From Candidatus Pelagibacterales bacterium (lineage in GTDB: Bacteria; Pseudomonadota; Alphaproteobacteria; Pelagibacterales; AG-422-B15): a DNA stretch of 64,000 nucleotides. The position numbers were made by a program, and so were the translations under genes. The notes beneath the pieces are model-generated. The model was not told the DNA's origin. It made no database searches and worked only from the letters and a program-made list of their open reading frames with translations. The number at the start of each line of letters is the position of its first letter. Within the stretch, counting starts at the first letter, position 1. Positions 42,797-53,035 of the stretch are shown here, in pieces. The stretch spans positions 18,231-82,230 of the forward strand of contig JAONQW010000004.1 of NCBI GenBank assembly GCA_028412835.1, read 5' to 3'.

Positions 42797-43924
42797 ATGA
42801 CAAGAATTCAAATATCAGGCACCGGTCTATTCACACCCAAAGAAGTACTCACAAATGATGAGTTAGTCGACTCATATAATAAATTTGTAGATGAATTTAA
42901 CTTAGAAAATAAAAATGGTATTGCTTCTGGTGAAATTGAAGAGCTACAAAAATCAAATTCAGAGTTTATTGAAAAAGCATCTGGAGTGAAGGCTAGATAT
43001 GTGCAAAATAAGTCAGGCATATTAGATACAAAATTTATGCGCCCTCAACTTCGAGAACGTGAAGAAGATGAATTATCAAATTTAGCAGAAATGGGAGTAA
43101 TTGCAGCTAAACAAGCTATTGAAAATGCAAATATAGATATTGAAAAAATTGATGCTGTTATTGTTGCTTGCTCAAACCTTGAGCGCCCATATCCAGCTAT
43201 TGCTATAGAAATTCAGAATGCATTGAATATTGAAGGTTTTGCTTTTGATATGAATGTCGCTTGTTCTTCTGCGACTTTTGGTATTCAAACAATTTACGAT
43301 ATGATCAAGAGTGGCTCAATAAGATCAGCGTTAATGGTTAATCCTGAAATTTGTAGTGGCCATCTAAATTTCAAAGACCGCGATTGCCATTTTATCTTTG
43401 GTGATGTTGCAACAGCCGTAGTTATAGAAGAGCTAAAAGAAGTAGCAAATAATTCAAACTCATATGAAATTCTCAGTACAAAACTTTATACTCAATTTTC
43501 AAATAATATAAGAAATAATTATGGATTTCTTAATTCTTCTTCTCCTGATGGTGTTGGTAAATCAGATAAATTATTTCACCAAAATGGTAGACAGGTTTTT
43601 AAAGAAGTAGTTCCTAAGGTAGCTTCTTTAATAAAAGAACACTTAGAAAAAAATGATATTGAAGTTTCTAGTATAAAAGCAATGTACTTACATCAGGCAA
43701 ATGAGAACATGAATCGACTCATAAGTAAATATGTTCTTGGGCAGGAAGCTTCAAGAGATTTTGCGCCAATAGTGTTGGATGAATATGCCAACACAAGCTC
43801 AGCTGGTTCAATAATTGCTTTTCATAAGCACAACAATAATCTTAAGAAAGATGATCTAGCTATTATTTGTTCTTTTGGGGCAGGTTACTCTATTGGCAAT
43901 ATAATTGTCAGAAAAGTTGGTTAA
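42797..43924 (+). CDS. fabH: Beta-ketoacyl-ACP synthase III (long 375-aa FabH-like type)
   Basis: FDMNVACSSA (Cys), FIFGD, LHQAN (His), YANTSSAG (Asn), SFGAGY. Confidence 0.9.
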   Translation: MTRIQISGTGLFTPKEVLTNDELVDSYNKFVDEFNLENKNGIASGEIEELQKSNSEFIEKASGVKARYVQNKSGILDTKFMRPQLREREEDELSNLAEMGVIAAKQAIENANIDIEKIDAVIVACSNLERPYPAIAIEIQNALNIEGFAFDMNVACSSATFGIQTIYDMIKSGSIRSALMVNPEICSGHLNFKDRDCHFIFGDVATAVVIEELKEVANNSNSYEILSTKLYTQFSNNIRNNYGFLNSSSPDGVGKSDKLFHQNGRQVFKEVVPKVASLIKEHLEKNDIEVSSIKAMYLHQANENMNRLISKYVLGQEASRDFAPIVLDEYANTSSAGSIIAFHKHNNNLKKDDLAIICSFGAGYSIGNIIVRKVG

Positions 43925-44475
43925 AAATCATGAATGGGTTTTGCAAAAATCCTTTTAACCATAGGTTCAAAATGTTCTAAAGGATAACTTTCATACTTTG
44001 GATCAAAAGATGCTTGGTCCCAATTTTCACAAAAATCAATTGTATCTTGATAGTAAGGTGAGTCTTTATAGCGATCACGCGCATTTCGATCCTTACCTAC
44101 ATGATGCGCATAATAATAATTTTGGAATAAGCCATGATGTTTTACTATCCAATAAACTTTTTCAGAAACATATGGTCTTAAAATGGATGCTGCAAACTGA
44201 CTGTGATTAAATACTGCTAAACCATCACCAATATCATGCAGTAATGCTGCAACAATCATTTCTTCATCAGCCCCATCTTTTTCTGCTCTAGTTGCAGTTT
44301 GCAGGCTGTGTTCTAATCTTGTTATTTGATAACCATCAAGAGAGCCATCTAAATTTTTAAGAAAATTTAATACTCTATCTGGAAGGCCCTCTACAAAACC
44401 TTCTTCATAACTACTTAGAAGATCATAATCTTCTTTAGTTCCGTCTTTCATTGCTGTAAATTTAACTTTATCCAT
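43921..44475 (-). CDS. HD-domain metalloprotein (HHGxFQ subtype)
   Basis: RLEHSLQ, LLHDIGD, NH, HHGLFQ, WDQASFD. Confidence 0.85.
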   Translation of the reverse strand: MDKVKFTAMKDGTKEDYDLLSSYEEGFVEGLPDRVLNFLKNLDGSLDGYQITRLEHSLQTATRAEKDGADEEMIVAALLHDIGDGLAVFNHSQFAASILRPYVSEKVYWIVKHHGLFQNYYYAHHVGKDRNARDRYKDSPYYQDTIDFCENWDQASFDPKYESYPLEHFEPMVKRIFAKPIHDF

Positions 44476-45565
44476 TCTTATTCTTTTTTAAAATTTTATA
44501 CTTACTTTCTATTGAATCATGATCAATGTATAGCCCTTGAAGAAACCGACTGCCTTCAGATGTATTAAAGCTTGTTCGGCCATGTAGCAATCTATAATTG
44601 TCCATAATTAACAAACCGCCAGAAGGTAGTCTAAAGTTGATCAAATATTTTTCTGAATTAATCATTTTATGAAAGATTCTCTTTGCCTCGTAATATCTTG
44701 CTAATTTATCAGGAGATTGATAGGGCACTAAGTCTAGTCGGTTACTAAAACGTATCTGGATAAAATTTCCCTCATCATCTAATTCAATCGTTGTTCCCGT
44801 ATTTTCTAAGACTGTATCTTGATCTGTAAATCTATAAAATATATTTGTTTCTGTTAAAATCTTAAATGCATCAGGATGATGTACTTTCAGATCTTTGGCT
44901 ACTTGAAAACCATCAACTAAAGTAGAGTTTCCACCAACACAACTATTTTCAACACAAAATAAAAATTGTATTGATGGCACTGGTCTTCTGTAGGGGTTGT
45001 CGGTATGAGGCCCAAGTTCAATAGAAGTATATGCCAAATCGTTTGGTTGTTTTTTTGATCTTACGTCAAAAGTTTTACCAAAATTTGTTTCTCGTATGAA
45101 TCCTATTCTTTCTGCAAAATTGATAATTTCACCTTCTTTAGCATGTAGTCCTTTAACAACAACAAATCCATATTGATGAAAATACTCAAGTATCTCCAAC
45201 ATCTGCATGTCGGCTTCTGAACTATAATCAAAATTAAACTCTTTAAATTCTAAATTATCAGTATTCCAAAGAATTTTTTGAGGTAGATTATCTTTTCTCC
45301 CAACCTCAAGCAGTAAATCTTTTAATGAATATTTAGCTTCATGTTGATCAGAAAATTTTATAAGGATTTCATCTTGATCTAATTGTTTTGCATCAGCAAA
45401 GGTAAGATTATCTTCTAGGGTTTCTGGGTCATACAATCTTTGAAAAGATCTTTGATCTACTGCAGTTTCCTCTTTAGATCTTTCACGCATCCACAATGGA
45501 TGAAGTCGAATAGCCTCATCATCTACAAATAGCCTTAGTTCGCTTGAGTCAAATTCAATATTCAT
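44468..45565 (-). CDS. TauD/TfdA-family Fe/2OG dioxygenase, gamma-butyrobetaine hydroxylase/TmpA-like
   Basis: N-terminal WMRE...QRL domain, NDLAYT, HTDNPY (HxD), DNYRLLHGR. Confidence 0.88.
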   Translation of the reverse strand: MNIEFDSSELRLFVDDEAIRLHPLWMRERSKEETAVDQRSFQRLYDPETLEDNLTFADAKQLDQDEILIKFSDQHEAKYSLKDLLLEVGRKDNLPQKILWNTDNLEFKEFNFDYSSEADMQMLEILEYFHQYGFVVVKGLHAKEGEIINFAERIGFIRETNFGKTFDVRSKKQPNDLAYTSIELGPHTDNPYRRPVPSIQFLFCVENSCVGGNSTLVDGFQVAKDLKVHHPDAFKILTETNIFYRFTDQDTVLENTGTTIELDDEGNFIQIRFSNRLDLVPYQSPDKLARYYEAKRIFHKMINSEKYLINFRLPSGGLLIMDNYRLLHGRTSFNTSEGSRFLQGLYIDHDSIESKYKILKKNKNG

Positions 45566-45582
45566 TATCTACAAATATAATA

Positions 45583-47529
45583 TCATTTTTTTATTTCAGC
45601 AATATTTTCATATTGCTCTAAACAATCTGGATTGGCTAATGCTTCAATATTCTTTATTGGATTTCCATTTATAATATCTCTAATAGTCAACTCAGCTATT
45701 TTGCCACTTCTAGTTTTGGGAATATCAGAAACTTGAATAATATGAGATGGTACATGCCTTCGTGAGAGCTTATCTCTAATATTTGAAGATATAAGTAGCT
45801 TAAGATTTTCGGAAATCGTTTGCTCGTTAGCTAATTTAATGAATAAAACTATTCTAATATCATTTTGCCAATTTTGTCCTACTACTAAGGATTCTTCAAT
45901 TTCATTAATTTCTTCTACGATTCTATAAATTTCAGCAGTTCCTATTCTAATGCCTCCTGGATTTAGCGTTGCATCAGATCTTCCATATATTATTAATCCA
46001 TTGTTGCTAGTGATCTGAGCATAATCACCTTGTGACCAAATATCTTTAAACTGAGAGAAATAAGATTCTATATATTTGTCTTTATTTTTATCATTCCAAA
46101 AACCTACAGGCATGCTGGGCATACTTGACTTGCAAACTAATTCACCTTTTTCTTTTGTACTAATCTCACTATCATCAAGTACATCGACATCAATACCTAA
46201 ACATTTACATTGAATTTCTCCCGCATAAACAGGCATCATAGGATTGCCTCCTACGAAACAAGATACAATGTCTGTTCCTCCACTTATTGAAGCCAAATGA
46301 ACATCGTCTTTAATATTATCAAATACATACTTAAACCCATCATCAGATAGAGGTGAACCTGTAGAAAGAATGCACTTTAAATTTTTCAAATGATATATTT
46401 CTTTTATAGGAATACTATCATTCTTAAGAGCATCAATATATTTGGCACTGATACCGAATATATCTAAATCCTCTTCATCAGCCATTTTTAATAGCGCATC
46501 TTTTTCAGGGTAAAATGGTGAGCCATCATATAAAACTATAGACGCTCCAGATGCCATACCAGAGACTAACCAATTCCACATCATCCAACCACAAGTAGTA
46601 AAATAAAATATTTTATCATCTTGTTTAAGATCACAATGAAGTTGTTGTTCCTTCATGTGTTGTACTAAAGGTCCACCGGTATTGTGCACTATACATTTTG
46701 GTTTTCCAGTGGTGCCGCTTGAGTACAGTATGTACATTGGATCATTAAAATTACATAGCTCATAAGAAATATCTAAATTAAAATTTTTATCATTATAAAT
46801 TGAATTAAGATCTTGAGTTTCTGATATCTCTTCCTGACTAGTGTCAGGATAGTTTAATTTTATTAAGTGTTTTGCTGTATCAATTTTATTAAAAACTGAT
46901 TCAATCTTATCTTTAATATTAATTTTTTTACCGCCATAAAAATAGATTTCTGAATATAATAATAGTTTAGGGTTGATTTGATTGAATCTATCAAGAATTG
47001 CATTCTCTCCAAAATCAGGAGAGCAAGAAGACCAAATTGCCCCTAGACAGTTTGTGGCTAGAAAAGAAATGATAGTATCCGGAGTATTTGCTGCAACAGC
47101 CACAACTCTATCACCTTTAGTAATACCTATCGATTTTAAATACGCTACAAGATTTCTTACTTTTTTTTGAATTTCTTCTCTAGTTATTTCAACTCTAAAG
47201 TTATATTCATTTTGAAAAATTATTGGAACATCATTTAGTTTTTCTAAAATATTTTGTGCATAGCTTATTTGAATATTTGTAAAATATTTTTGATTATAGA
47301 TGTAGTGATCACTTGAAATTGTTGGTTTAATATTTCCAGAATATTGAATATTTAAAAAATCAATAAGTGAGGGCCAAAATTCTTTATTCTGTTTTATACT
47401 CCATTTCCAGAGAAGTTCATAATTTGTTTGGAATGTAATGTCATATTTTTGCTCAATAAATGAAAAGAATTTAGCTAGTCTAGAAGATGAACATTTTTCT
47501 TTGCTTGGTTCCCATAAGAATTGATTCAT
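45583..47529 (-). CDS. Acetoacetate-CoA ligase
   Basis: WSSCSPDFG, YSSGTTGKPKCIVH, TTCGWMMWNW, ISGGTDI, GRSDATLNPGG. True start probably ATG 47529; the ORF-track extension runs through a terminator. Confidence 0.95.
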   Translation of the reverse strand: MNQFLWEPSKEKCSSSRLAKFFSFIEQKYDITFQTNYELLWKWSIKQNKEFWPSLIDFLNIQYSGNIKPTISSDHYIYNQKYFTNIQISYAQNILEKLNDVPIIFQNEYNFRVEITREEIQKKVRNLVAYLKSIGITKGDRVVAVAANTPDTIISFLATNCLGAIWSSCSPDFGENAILDRFNQINPKLLLYSEIYFYGGKKINIKDKIESVFNKIDTAKHLIKLNYPDTSQEEISETQDLNSIYNDKNFNLDISYELCNFNDPMYILYSSGTTGKPKCIVHNTGGPLVQHMKEQQLHCDLKQDDKIFYFTTCGWMMWNWLVSGMASGASIVLYDGSPFYPEKDALLKMADEEDLDIFGISAKYIDALKNDSIPIKEIYHLKNLKCILSTGSPLSDDGFKYVFDNIKDDVHLASISGGTDIVSCFVGGNPMMPVYAGEIQCKCLGIDVDVLDDSEISTKEKGELVCKSSMPSMPVGFWNDKNKDKYIESYFSQFKDIWSQGDYAQITSNNGLIIYGRSDATLNPGGIRIGTAEIYRIVEEINEIEESLVVGQNWQNDIRIVLFIKLANEQTISENLKLLISSNIRDKLSRRHVPSHIIQVSDIPKTRSGKIAELTIRDIINGNPIKNIEALANPDCLEQYENIAEIKK

Positions 47530-47545
47530 AAGTAAGAATTTTATC

Positions 47546-47579
47546 AAAAAAAGGGCTTTGCCATAAGACAAAGCCCTTT
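47546..47579 (-). terminator. Intrinsic terminator after the substrate-binding protein gene
   Basis: Minus strand AAAGGGCTTTG-N8-CAAAGCCC followed by T7. Confidence 0.85.
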
Positions 47580-47604
47580 AATTATTTATTATAGAAATAA
47601 ATGA

Positions 47605-48618
47605 CTACGGAAGCCACTTACTCCATTTGTCTTTATTGTTGTCTTTCCATTCTTGAACAACCGCAACAATGTCTCTACCATTTTTGTCAATTTCATTGAT
47701 CATTGCAGCTTGGTCATCATTACTTAATTTCATTTTTTGGAAAAAACCTTTTGCTTTTGCCATTTCAGGTTTTGCAAAGAAATCAGGATTCATATAATTC
47801 ATAGTATAATCCTTAGCCCATCCAGTTGCAGGCCATGCATCAGTTCCACAGTCTTTCCAGTTGTTTGCCTCAGTATAACTTGGGCAATCAACGTTTGCTG
47901 GAAGTTTCACACCAACCATTTCATATGCACCTTGGAACCAGTGTGGCGTCCAAAAGTATAGTAAGAAAGGTTCTTTTCTAGCGTAAGCTGCTTGAGCTTC
48001 AGCAAGAGCAGCAACTTCAGTGCCAAGCTCAACTGCTTCAAAATCAATCCCAAGAAGATCTAGTCTTTTTTGGTCATGACAGTTCCAGCCAGCAACAGCA
48101 CATCCTATTAATCTGCCTTTGCTTCCAGTTTCAGGTGTTGCAAATTGATCTTTATATTTATTTAGATCTCTCCAGTCTTTGAAGTCTGGATTAGCATCAA
48201 CAAAATACTTAGGAACAAAATAGTCAGATGAACCAATTATTCCATTTGTATAAGCTTCAATAGAGCCATCACCAGAATATTCTTTTACAACTTTACCATC
48301 ATATTTTAATGGCATATTTATCATAACATCATCAGCTTCAGCGTAACTTGGCCAGCTTTCAAAACCAACTTGAATGTCACTTCCGTCAGCTATAGCTTCC
48401 CATAAACCTGTTCCAGAAGGAAAAACAACTGAATCAACTGTATAACCTAATTCTTGTTCTAAAATTTGTTCAGCAACCTCACCAGTTACCATGCCACCTG
48501 TCCAGTCGGCAACAGCTCTTGTCATTTTTGCCCCTTCTTTAGGTTCTTGGCTACAGCCAACAAGAACTAAAAAAGAAGAAAGTATTAAAGCTGAAATAGT
48601 TTTTGTACTAAATTTCAT
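47605..48618 (-). CDS. Quaternary-amine ABC transporter substrate-binding protein (ProX/OpuAC/TmoX-like), lipoprotein
   Basis: Lipobox LVGC, DWTG, ESWP, FATPET, FWTPHW aromatic residues. Confidence 0.88.
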   Translation of the reverse strand: MKFSTKTISALILSSFLVLVGCSQEPKEGAKMTRAVADWTGGMVTGEVAEQILEQELGYTVDSVVFPSGTGLWEAIADGSDIQVGFESWPSYAEADDVMINMPLKYDGKVVKEYSGDGSIEAYTNGIIGSSDYFVPKYFVDANPDFKDWRDLNKYKDQFATPETGSKGRLIGCAVAGWNCHDQKRLDLLGIDFEAVELGTEVAALAEAQAAYARKEPFLLYFWTPHWFQGAYEMVGVKLPANVDCPSYTEANNWKDCGTDAWPATGWAKDYTMNYMNPDFFAKPEMAKAKGFFQKMKLSNDDQAAMINEIDKNGRDIVAVVQEWKDNNKDKWSKWLP

Positions 48619-48732
48619 TTTAATTATTACCCCATTTATTGTTTAAAAAAAAAAATATTCTAGACTGAAAAGCCATAGAAAGTAAACTCAATAATTAGAT
48701 ATTTAGTAGATAAATCTATATAGAATTTATTG

Positions 48733-50853
48733 CTATAAACCTAGAGCATCTCTCTGTTTTTTGGTGTAAGCAAGACTAATTCTATCGATTATTATTGCTA
48801 ATAGACATATTCCAATTCCTGCTGCAAGTGCTCTTCCAGTATCAGATCTAGCAAGTCCAGCAAAAACCTCTTTTCCAAGACCCTTTCCACCAATTAATGG
48901 GGTTACAATTTGCATTGCAAAAGCCATCATTACAGTTTGATTAAAGCCCATAACAAGACTCGGTACAGCTAATGGGAACTTAATCTTACTTAGGGTTTGC
49001 AGTGTTGTTCCACCAAAAGACTTTGAAACTTCTGAATATGTTACAGAAACTTGAGATAAGCCTAAGACTGTAAGTCTTATTATTGGTGGAATAGAATAAA
49101 TTATAGTTGCAATTAGAGCTGAAACAACTCCACCTCCAAAAAACATTAATACAGGAATTAAATAACAAAAATATGGAAGGGTTTGCATAGCATCTAAGAT
49201 GACTTCATTAACATTTTGAAATCTTTTACTATAAGATGCCAAAATACCAATTGGTACTCCAATAATGAAACAAAAAAAGACTGCTATCATAACTGATGAC
49301 AGAGTTATCATTGCTTGAGTCCAAATATTACAAGCGGCAATAAAGAGTAAAAGAAGAGCAGTTACTGCTGCAAATCTTACACCGACAGAAACCCATGATA
49401 TTATGACAAATGCTGACATAACATACCACCAAGGCATAAAAGTTAAATACGTATCAAGTGGTCGCATTAAATAAATAGTCACATAATATCGTAAGCCTTT
49501 TGTAAATGCTATGAAGGTAGGATTTACTGTAAGCCATCTAACACCAGATTCAATTGGCTCTCTAATTGATATTGTCCAAGACTCTGGAAATTGTCCAATG
49601 CCAGGACCTACAAAATCATAAATACTTATTAAACATAAAATTAAAATTCCAGAAAAAAAATAAAAATGATTGTTAAGAAATCTTTGAATAGATTCTCCAT
49701 AATCAACTTTTATTAAACTCACTATCTGAAAAGATAAATAACTAAAAATACCAATAACAATTTTAAAAATTATCGTAATGATTGAATGTACAATACCTAA
49801 TGGTTTTTCAATAATTTTTGCTAATGGATAAATTTCCCAATCCTGAGGAAGTAAATAAAATTTCTGACTTTCAGAGGGCAGGGTTTTTTCTTCTGCACTT
49901 AAAGCCTTTCCAAATCTATCAAACATAATAGCCATAAATAAAACACATAGGCCACCTTCCATTGCATAACCAACATCAAGTTTTCTAATTGCAATCCATA
50001 TTTCTGCACCAAGACCTTGGGCTCCTATAAATGTAGCTAAAACTATAAGCGCTAAAGCCATCATAATTGTTTGATTAACTCCCATCATGATACTAGGAAG
50101 CGCTAAGGGAATTTGAATTTTAAATAATGTCTGAGTTTTGGAAGATCCAAATGATGTTGCCGTTTCTATTGTTTCTTTTGGTACCTGGCGAATACCCAAA
50201 TTAGTTAAGCGAATAATTGGAGGCATTGAATAAATCATTGTTGCTAATATTGCTGGAGCTGCACCTATACCAAAGAAAAACATTGCTGGGATAAGATAAA
50301 CAAATGCTGGCATAACTTGCATCGTATCTAAAAATGGTTTTAAAAATGACTCAAACCTATCGCTCTGTGAACAGATTACGCCAAAAAAAACTCCAACAAT
50401 TACTGAAAGTAAGACCGATAACCCCATTAAGGCCACAGATTCCATGGCAGGATCCCACATATCTACAGCGCCCCAAAAATAAATTCCAAATGTAAATAAT
50501 AAAGCTAACTTTAATCCTCCAACCATAAATGCAGGAATAATCATAAGAGCTGCTATAAATAACCAAGAAGAGTCTAAAAGGAAGTCTTCAAATCCGTAAT
50601 AACCAAGCTTTACAAAGCTTGCAATTAACCTTGTAATCCATTTGTAGTGATCTTTTAAATAGTCTTCCCCAGCATTTATCCAGGCTGTAAAAGTGAATGC
50701 ATCAGTTGCCAATTCTGGAAAAACTGATTTTTCTTCACTTTGAATAGATAAATAAATTGATAGAGCAAATGCTGAAAGAATAAGCAGTGGAAGCAGAAAT
50801 CTATAGTAACTAGATTCTGAGAGTTTATTTATTGTACTATTTAAAAATGCCAT
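48733..50853 (-). CDS. ProW-like ABC permease, two fused permease domains
   Basis: Two copies of the LDxMQxxP, PPIIRLTxLG, SFG and MGxNQT motifs. Confidence 0.92.
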   Translation of the reverse strand: MAFLNSTINKLSESSYYRFLLPLLILSAFALSIYLSIQSEEKSVFPELATDAFTFTAWINAGEDYLKDHYKWITRLIASFVKLGYYGFEDFLLDSSWLFIAALMIIPAFMVGGLKLALLFTFGIYFWGAVDMWDPAMESVALMGLSVLLSVIVGVFFGVICSQSDRFESFLKPFLDTMQVMPAFVYLIPAMFFFGIGAAPAILATMIYSMPPIIRLTNLGIRQVPKETIETATSFGSSKTQTLFKIQIPLALPSIMMGVNQTIMMALALIVLATFIGAQGLGAEIWIAIRKLDVGYAMEGGLCVLFMAIMFDRFGKALSAEEKTLPSESQKFYLLPQDWEIYPLAKIIEKPLGIVHSIITIIFKIVIGIFSYLSFQIVSLIKVDYGESIQRFLNNHFYFFSGILILCLISIYDFVGPGIGQFPESWTISIREPIESGVRWLTVNPTFIAFTKGLRYYVTIYLMRPLDTYLTFMPWWYVMSAFVIISWVSVGVRFAAVTALLLLFIAACNIWTQAMITLSSVMIAVFFCFIIGVPIGILASYSKRFQNVNEVILDAMQTLPYFCYLIPVLMFFGGGVVSALIATIIYSIPPIIRLTVLGLSQVSVTYSEVSKSFGGTTLQTLSKIKFPLAVPSLVMGFNQTVMMAFAMQIVTPLIGGKGLGKEVFAGLARSDTGRALAAGIGICLLAIIIDRISLAYTKKQRDALGL

Positions 50854-50953
50854 TACGAGTAAGAGTTGTTGATAAGTTTGTGCTTATTATCAATTATTAA
50901 TTAGTTAAATGCAACCTTGCATCTTTACATTAATATAATAGTATTTTTCTCCT

Positions 50954-51997
50954 ATGCAAAATAACGAAAAAATTATTTGTAATAATATTTGGAAATTATT
51001 TGGTCCAAATGAAAAGTCTATTTTATCTAATTTAGACCAGAGTTTGTCTCGTAATGAAGTTCAAGAAAAAACTGGTCACGTCGTAGCTGTGAAAGATGTA
51101 AGCTTTTCAATTAAAAAAGGTGAAACTTTTGTTGTAATGGGGCTCTCTGGTAGTGGAAAATCAACTTTAGCAAGATGCATCTCAAGACTTATTGAGCCTA
51201 CTCAAGGTGAAGTAAAAATTGATAATGTTGATGTTATCAAAATGAATAAAAATGAGCTAACTGACTTAAGAAGAAATAGAATGAGCATGGTTTTTCAACA
51301 TTTTGGTTTGTTCCCCCATAAAAAAGTAATTGATAATATTTCCTATGGATTAGAAATTAGAGGAGCTAAACCCAAAGAAAGATTGGAAAGAGCTATGGAA
51401 GTTTGCAAAATGGTTGGATTAGAAGGTTGGGACAATCACTATCCAAGAGAACTGTCTGGAGGAATGCAGCAAAGAGTTGGATTGGCAAGAGCTCTTGCTG
51501 TTGATCCAGAAATATTAATCTTTGATGAACCTTTTTCTGCTTTAGACCCTTTAATTAGAAGAGAGATGCAGGATGAACTTCTTAAGCTTCAAGAAAAACT
51601 TCAAAAAACAATGGTTTTTATTACTCATGACTTTGCAGAAGCAATTAAGATGGGTGATACAATTGCAATTATGAAAGATGGGGAAATTGTTCAATTAGGG
51701 GCTCCAGAAGAAATTGTTGCTAATCCAATTGATCAATACGTTAAAGATTTTACTGAAGATGTGCCAAAGTATAAAGTGCTTAGTGCTGGTAAAATATGTC
51801 GAGAACAAATTTGTGATGATACAAGAAAAACTTTCGAAGAAGGTAAGGACTGTATTCCTAATAATTCTAAAATAGATGGATTAATGGATATGTGTTGTGA
51901 GAGTGATAAAACTTTTCCAGTTGTAGATAGTGTAACAGGTGAGTTGATAGGTGAAATTGACCGTACTATTATTATGCAATCAATGACATCTAAATAG
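50954..51997 (+). CDS. ProV-like betaine ABC transporter ATP-binding protein
   Basis: VMGLSGSGKST, LSGGMQQRVGLARAL, DEPFSALDPLIRREMQ. Confidence 0.94.
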   Translation: MQNNEKIICNNIWKLFGPNEKSILSNLDQSLSRNEVQEKTGHVVAVKDVSFSIKKGETFVVMGLSGSGKSTLARCISRLIEPTQGEVKIDNVDVIKMNKNELTDLRRNRMSMVFQHFGLFPHKKVIDNISYGLEIRGAKPKERLERAMEVCKMVGLEGWDNHYPRELSGGMQQRVGLARALAVDPEILIFDEPFSALDPLIRREMQDELLKLQEKLQKTMVFITHDFAEAIKMGDTIAIMKDGEIVQLGAPEEIVANPIDQYVKDFTEDVPKYKVLSAGKICREQICDDTRKTFEEGKDCIPNNSKIDGLMDMCCESDKTFPVVDSVTGELIGEIDRTIIMQSMTSK

Positions 51998-52003
51998 ATT
52001 AAA

Positions 52004-52927
52004 TTAATAAAACTTTTTATTATCTCTTTGTAAATTTTCTTTTTTTGCATCACGCCAAATAATAATCATTCCCGCTAATACTATAGCTAAAACTCCAGGA
52101 AATAATTGATCAATTGGAGCTTCTTTAAAAAAAACCCAACCTAAAATAAATGAAGATGGAATCCCCAAATATTCAAATGGCGCCAGTTTACTTGGAAGCA
52201 TTAAACGGTAAGCATAAATAAATAAGATCCCCCCTGTTCCACCAAGTATTCCTGTCATTACCATTAAAAATAGATGAAATATGTTTTCAATTGGCTGATG
52301 ATCAGATGAAATAAAATACAAGATAAAGGCACCAACAATTGAAAAAAATAACGAGTAAAATTGTATTTTTGCAGTTGAAATATTTTCTGGAATAAACTTT
52401 AAAACTATCATTGATAATGACCAACAAAAAGCAACTAAAATAGGGAAAATTGAATAGAAAACAAATACATCACTTGTGGGCTTCATAATCATGACAACAC
52501 CAAAGAATCCTATAACAATTGCAGACCACCTATATATTCCTACTTTATCTTTTAAAATAACAATTGATAGAAGGGCTATAAAAAAAGGTGATGCAAAAGT
52601 TAGTGTCATTGCTATCGCATACTGCATATTAATTACAGAAATAAAGAAAAAAACATTTACCCCTGTAAAACAAAGACCCCTTATTAAACAGACAGTGATA
52701 AATTTTTTATTTAAATCTTTAAATATTTTAGAGTTATCTTGTGAAAATAAGATCAAAATTATAAGTGGAATAATTGCAAATACATTTCTAAATACTAATA
52801 GCTGAGTAGTTGAATATAAATCTCCAAGACTTTTAATAATTATACCATAAGAATCAATCAATACTATTCCCAGTAGCATTGCTCCTACTGCTAAGTAGGT
52901 GTTTAAATTAAATGTATATTTTTGCAT
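52004..52927 (-). CDS. DMT/EamA family transporter
   Basis: About 10 TM helices, RW-x-A-xx-IGFFG and LAPFEY motifs. Confidence 0.9.
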   Translation of the reverse strand: MQKYTFNLNTYLAVGAMLLGIVLIDSYGIIIKSLGDLYSTTQLLVFRNVFAIIPLIILILFSQDNSKIFKDLNKKFITVCLIRGLCFTGVNVFFFISVINMQYAIAMTLTFASPFFIALLSIVILKDKVGIYRWSAIVIGFFGVVMIMKPTSDVFVFYSIFPILVAFCWSLSMIVLKFIPENISTAKIQFYSLFFSIVGAFILYFISSDHQPIENIFHLFLMVMTGILGGTGGILFIYAYRLMLPSKLAPFEYLGIPSSFILGWVFFKEAPIDQLFPGVLAIVLAGMIIIWRDAKKENLQRDNKKFY

Positions 52928-53035
52928 TGAGATTAATAATAAATATTGAGACTACTTAAAAGCTATCATTTATTTGCTTTAAATAAATAAAAGAATTATA
53001 GTTTCTATTTTCAAAATGAATAAATTTTATAAGTC

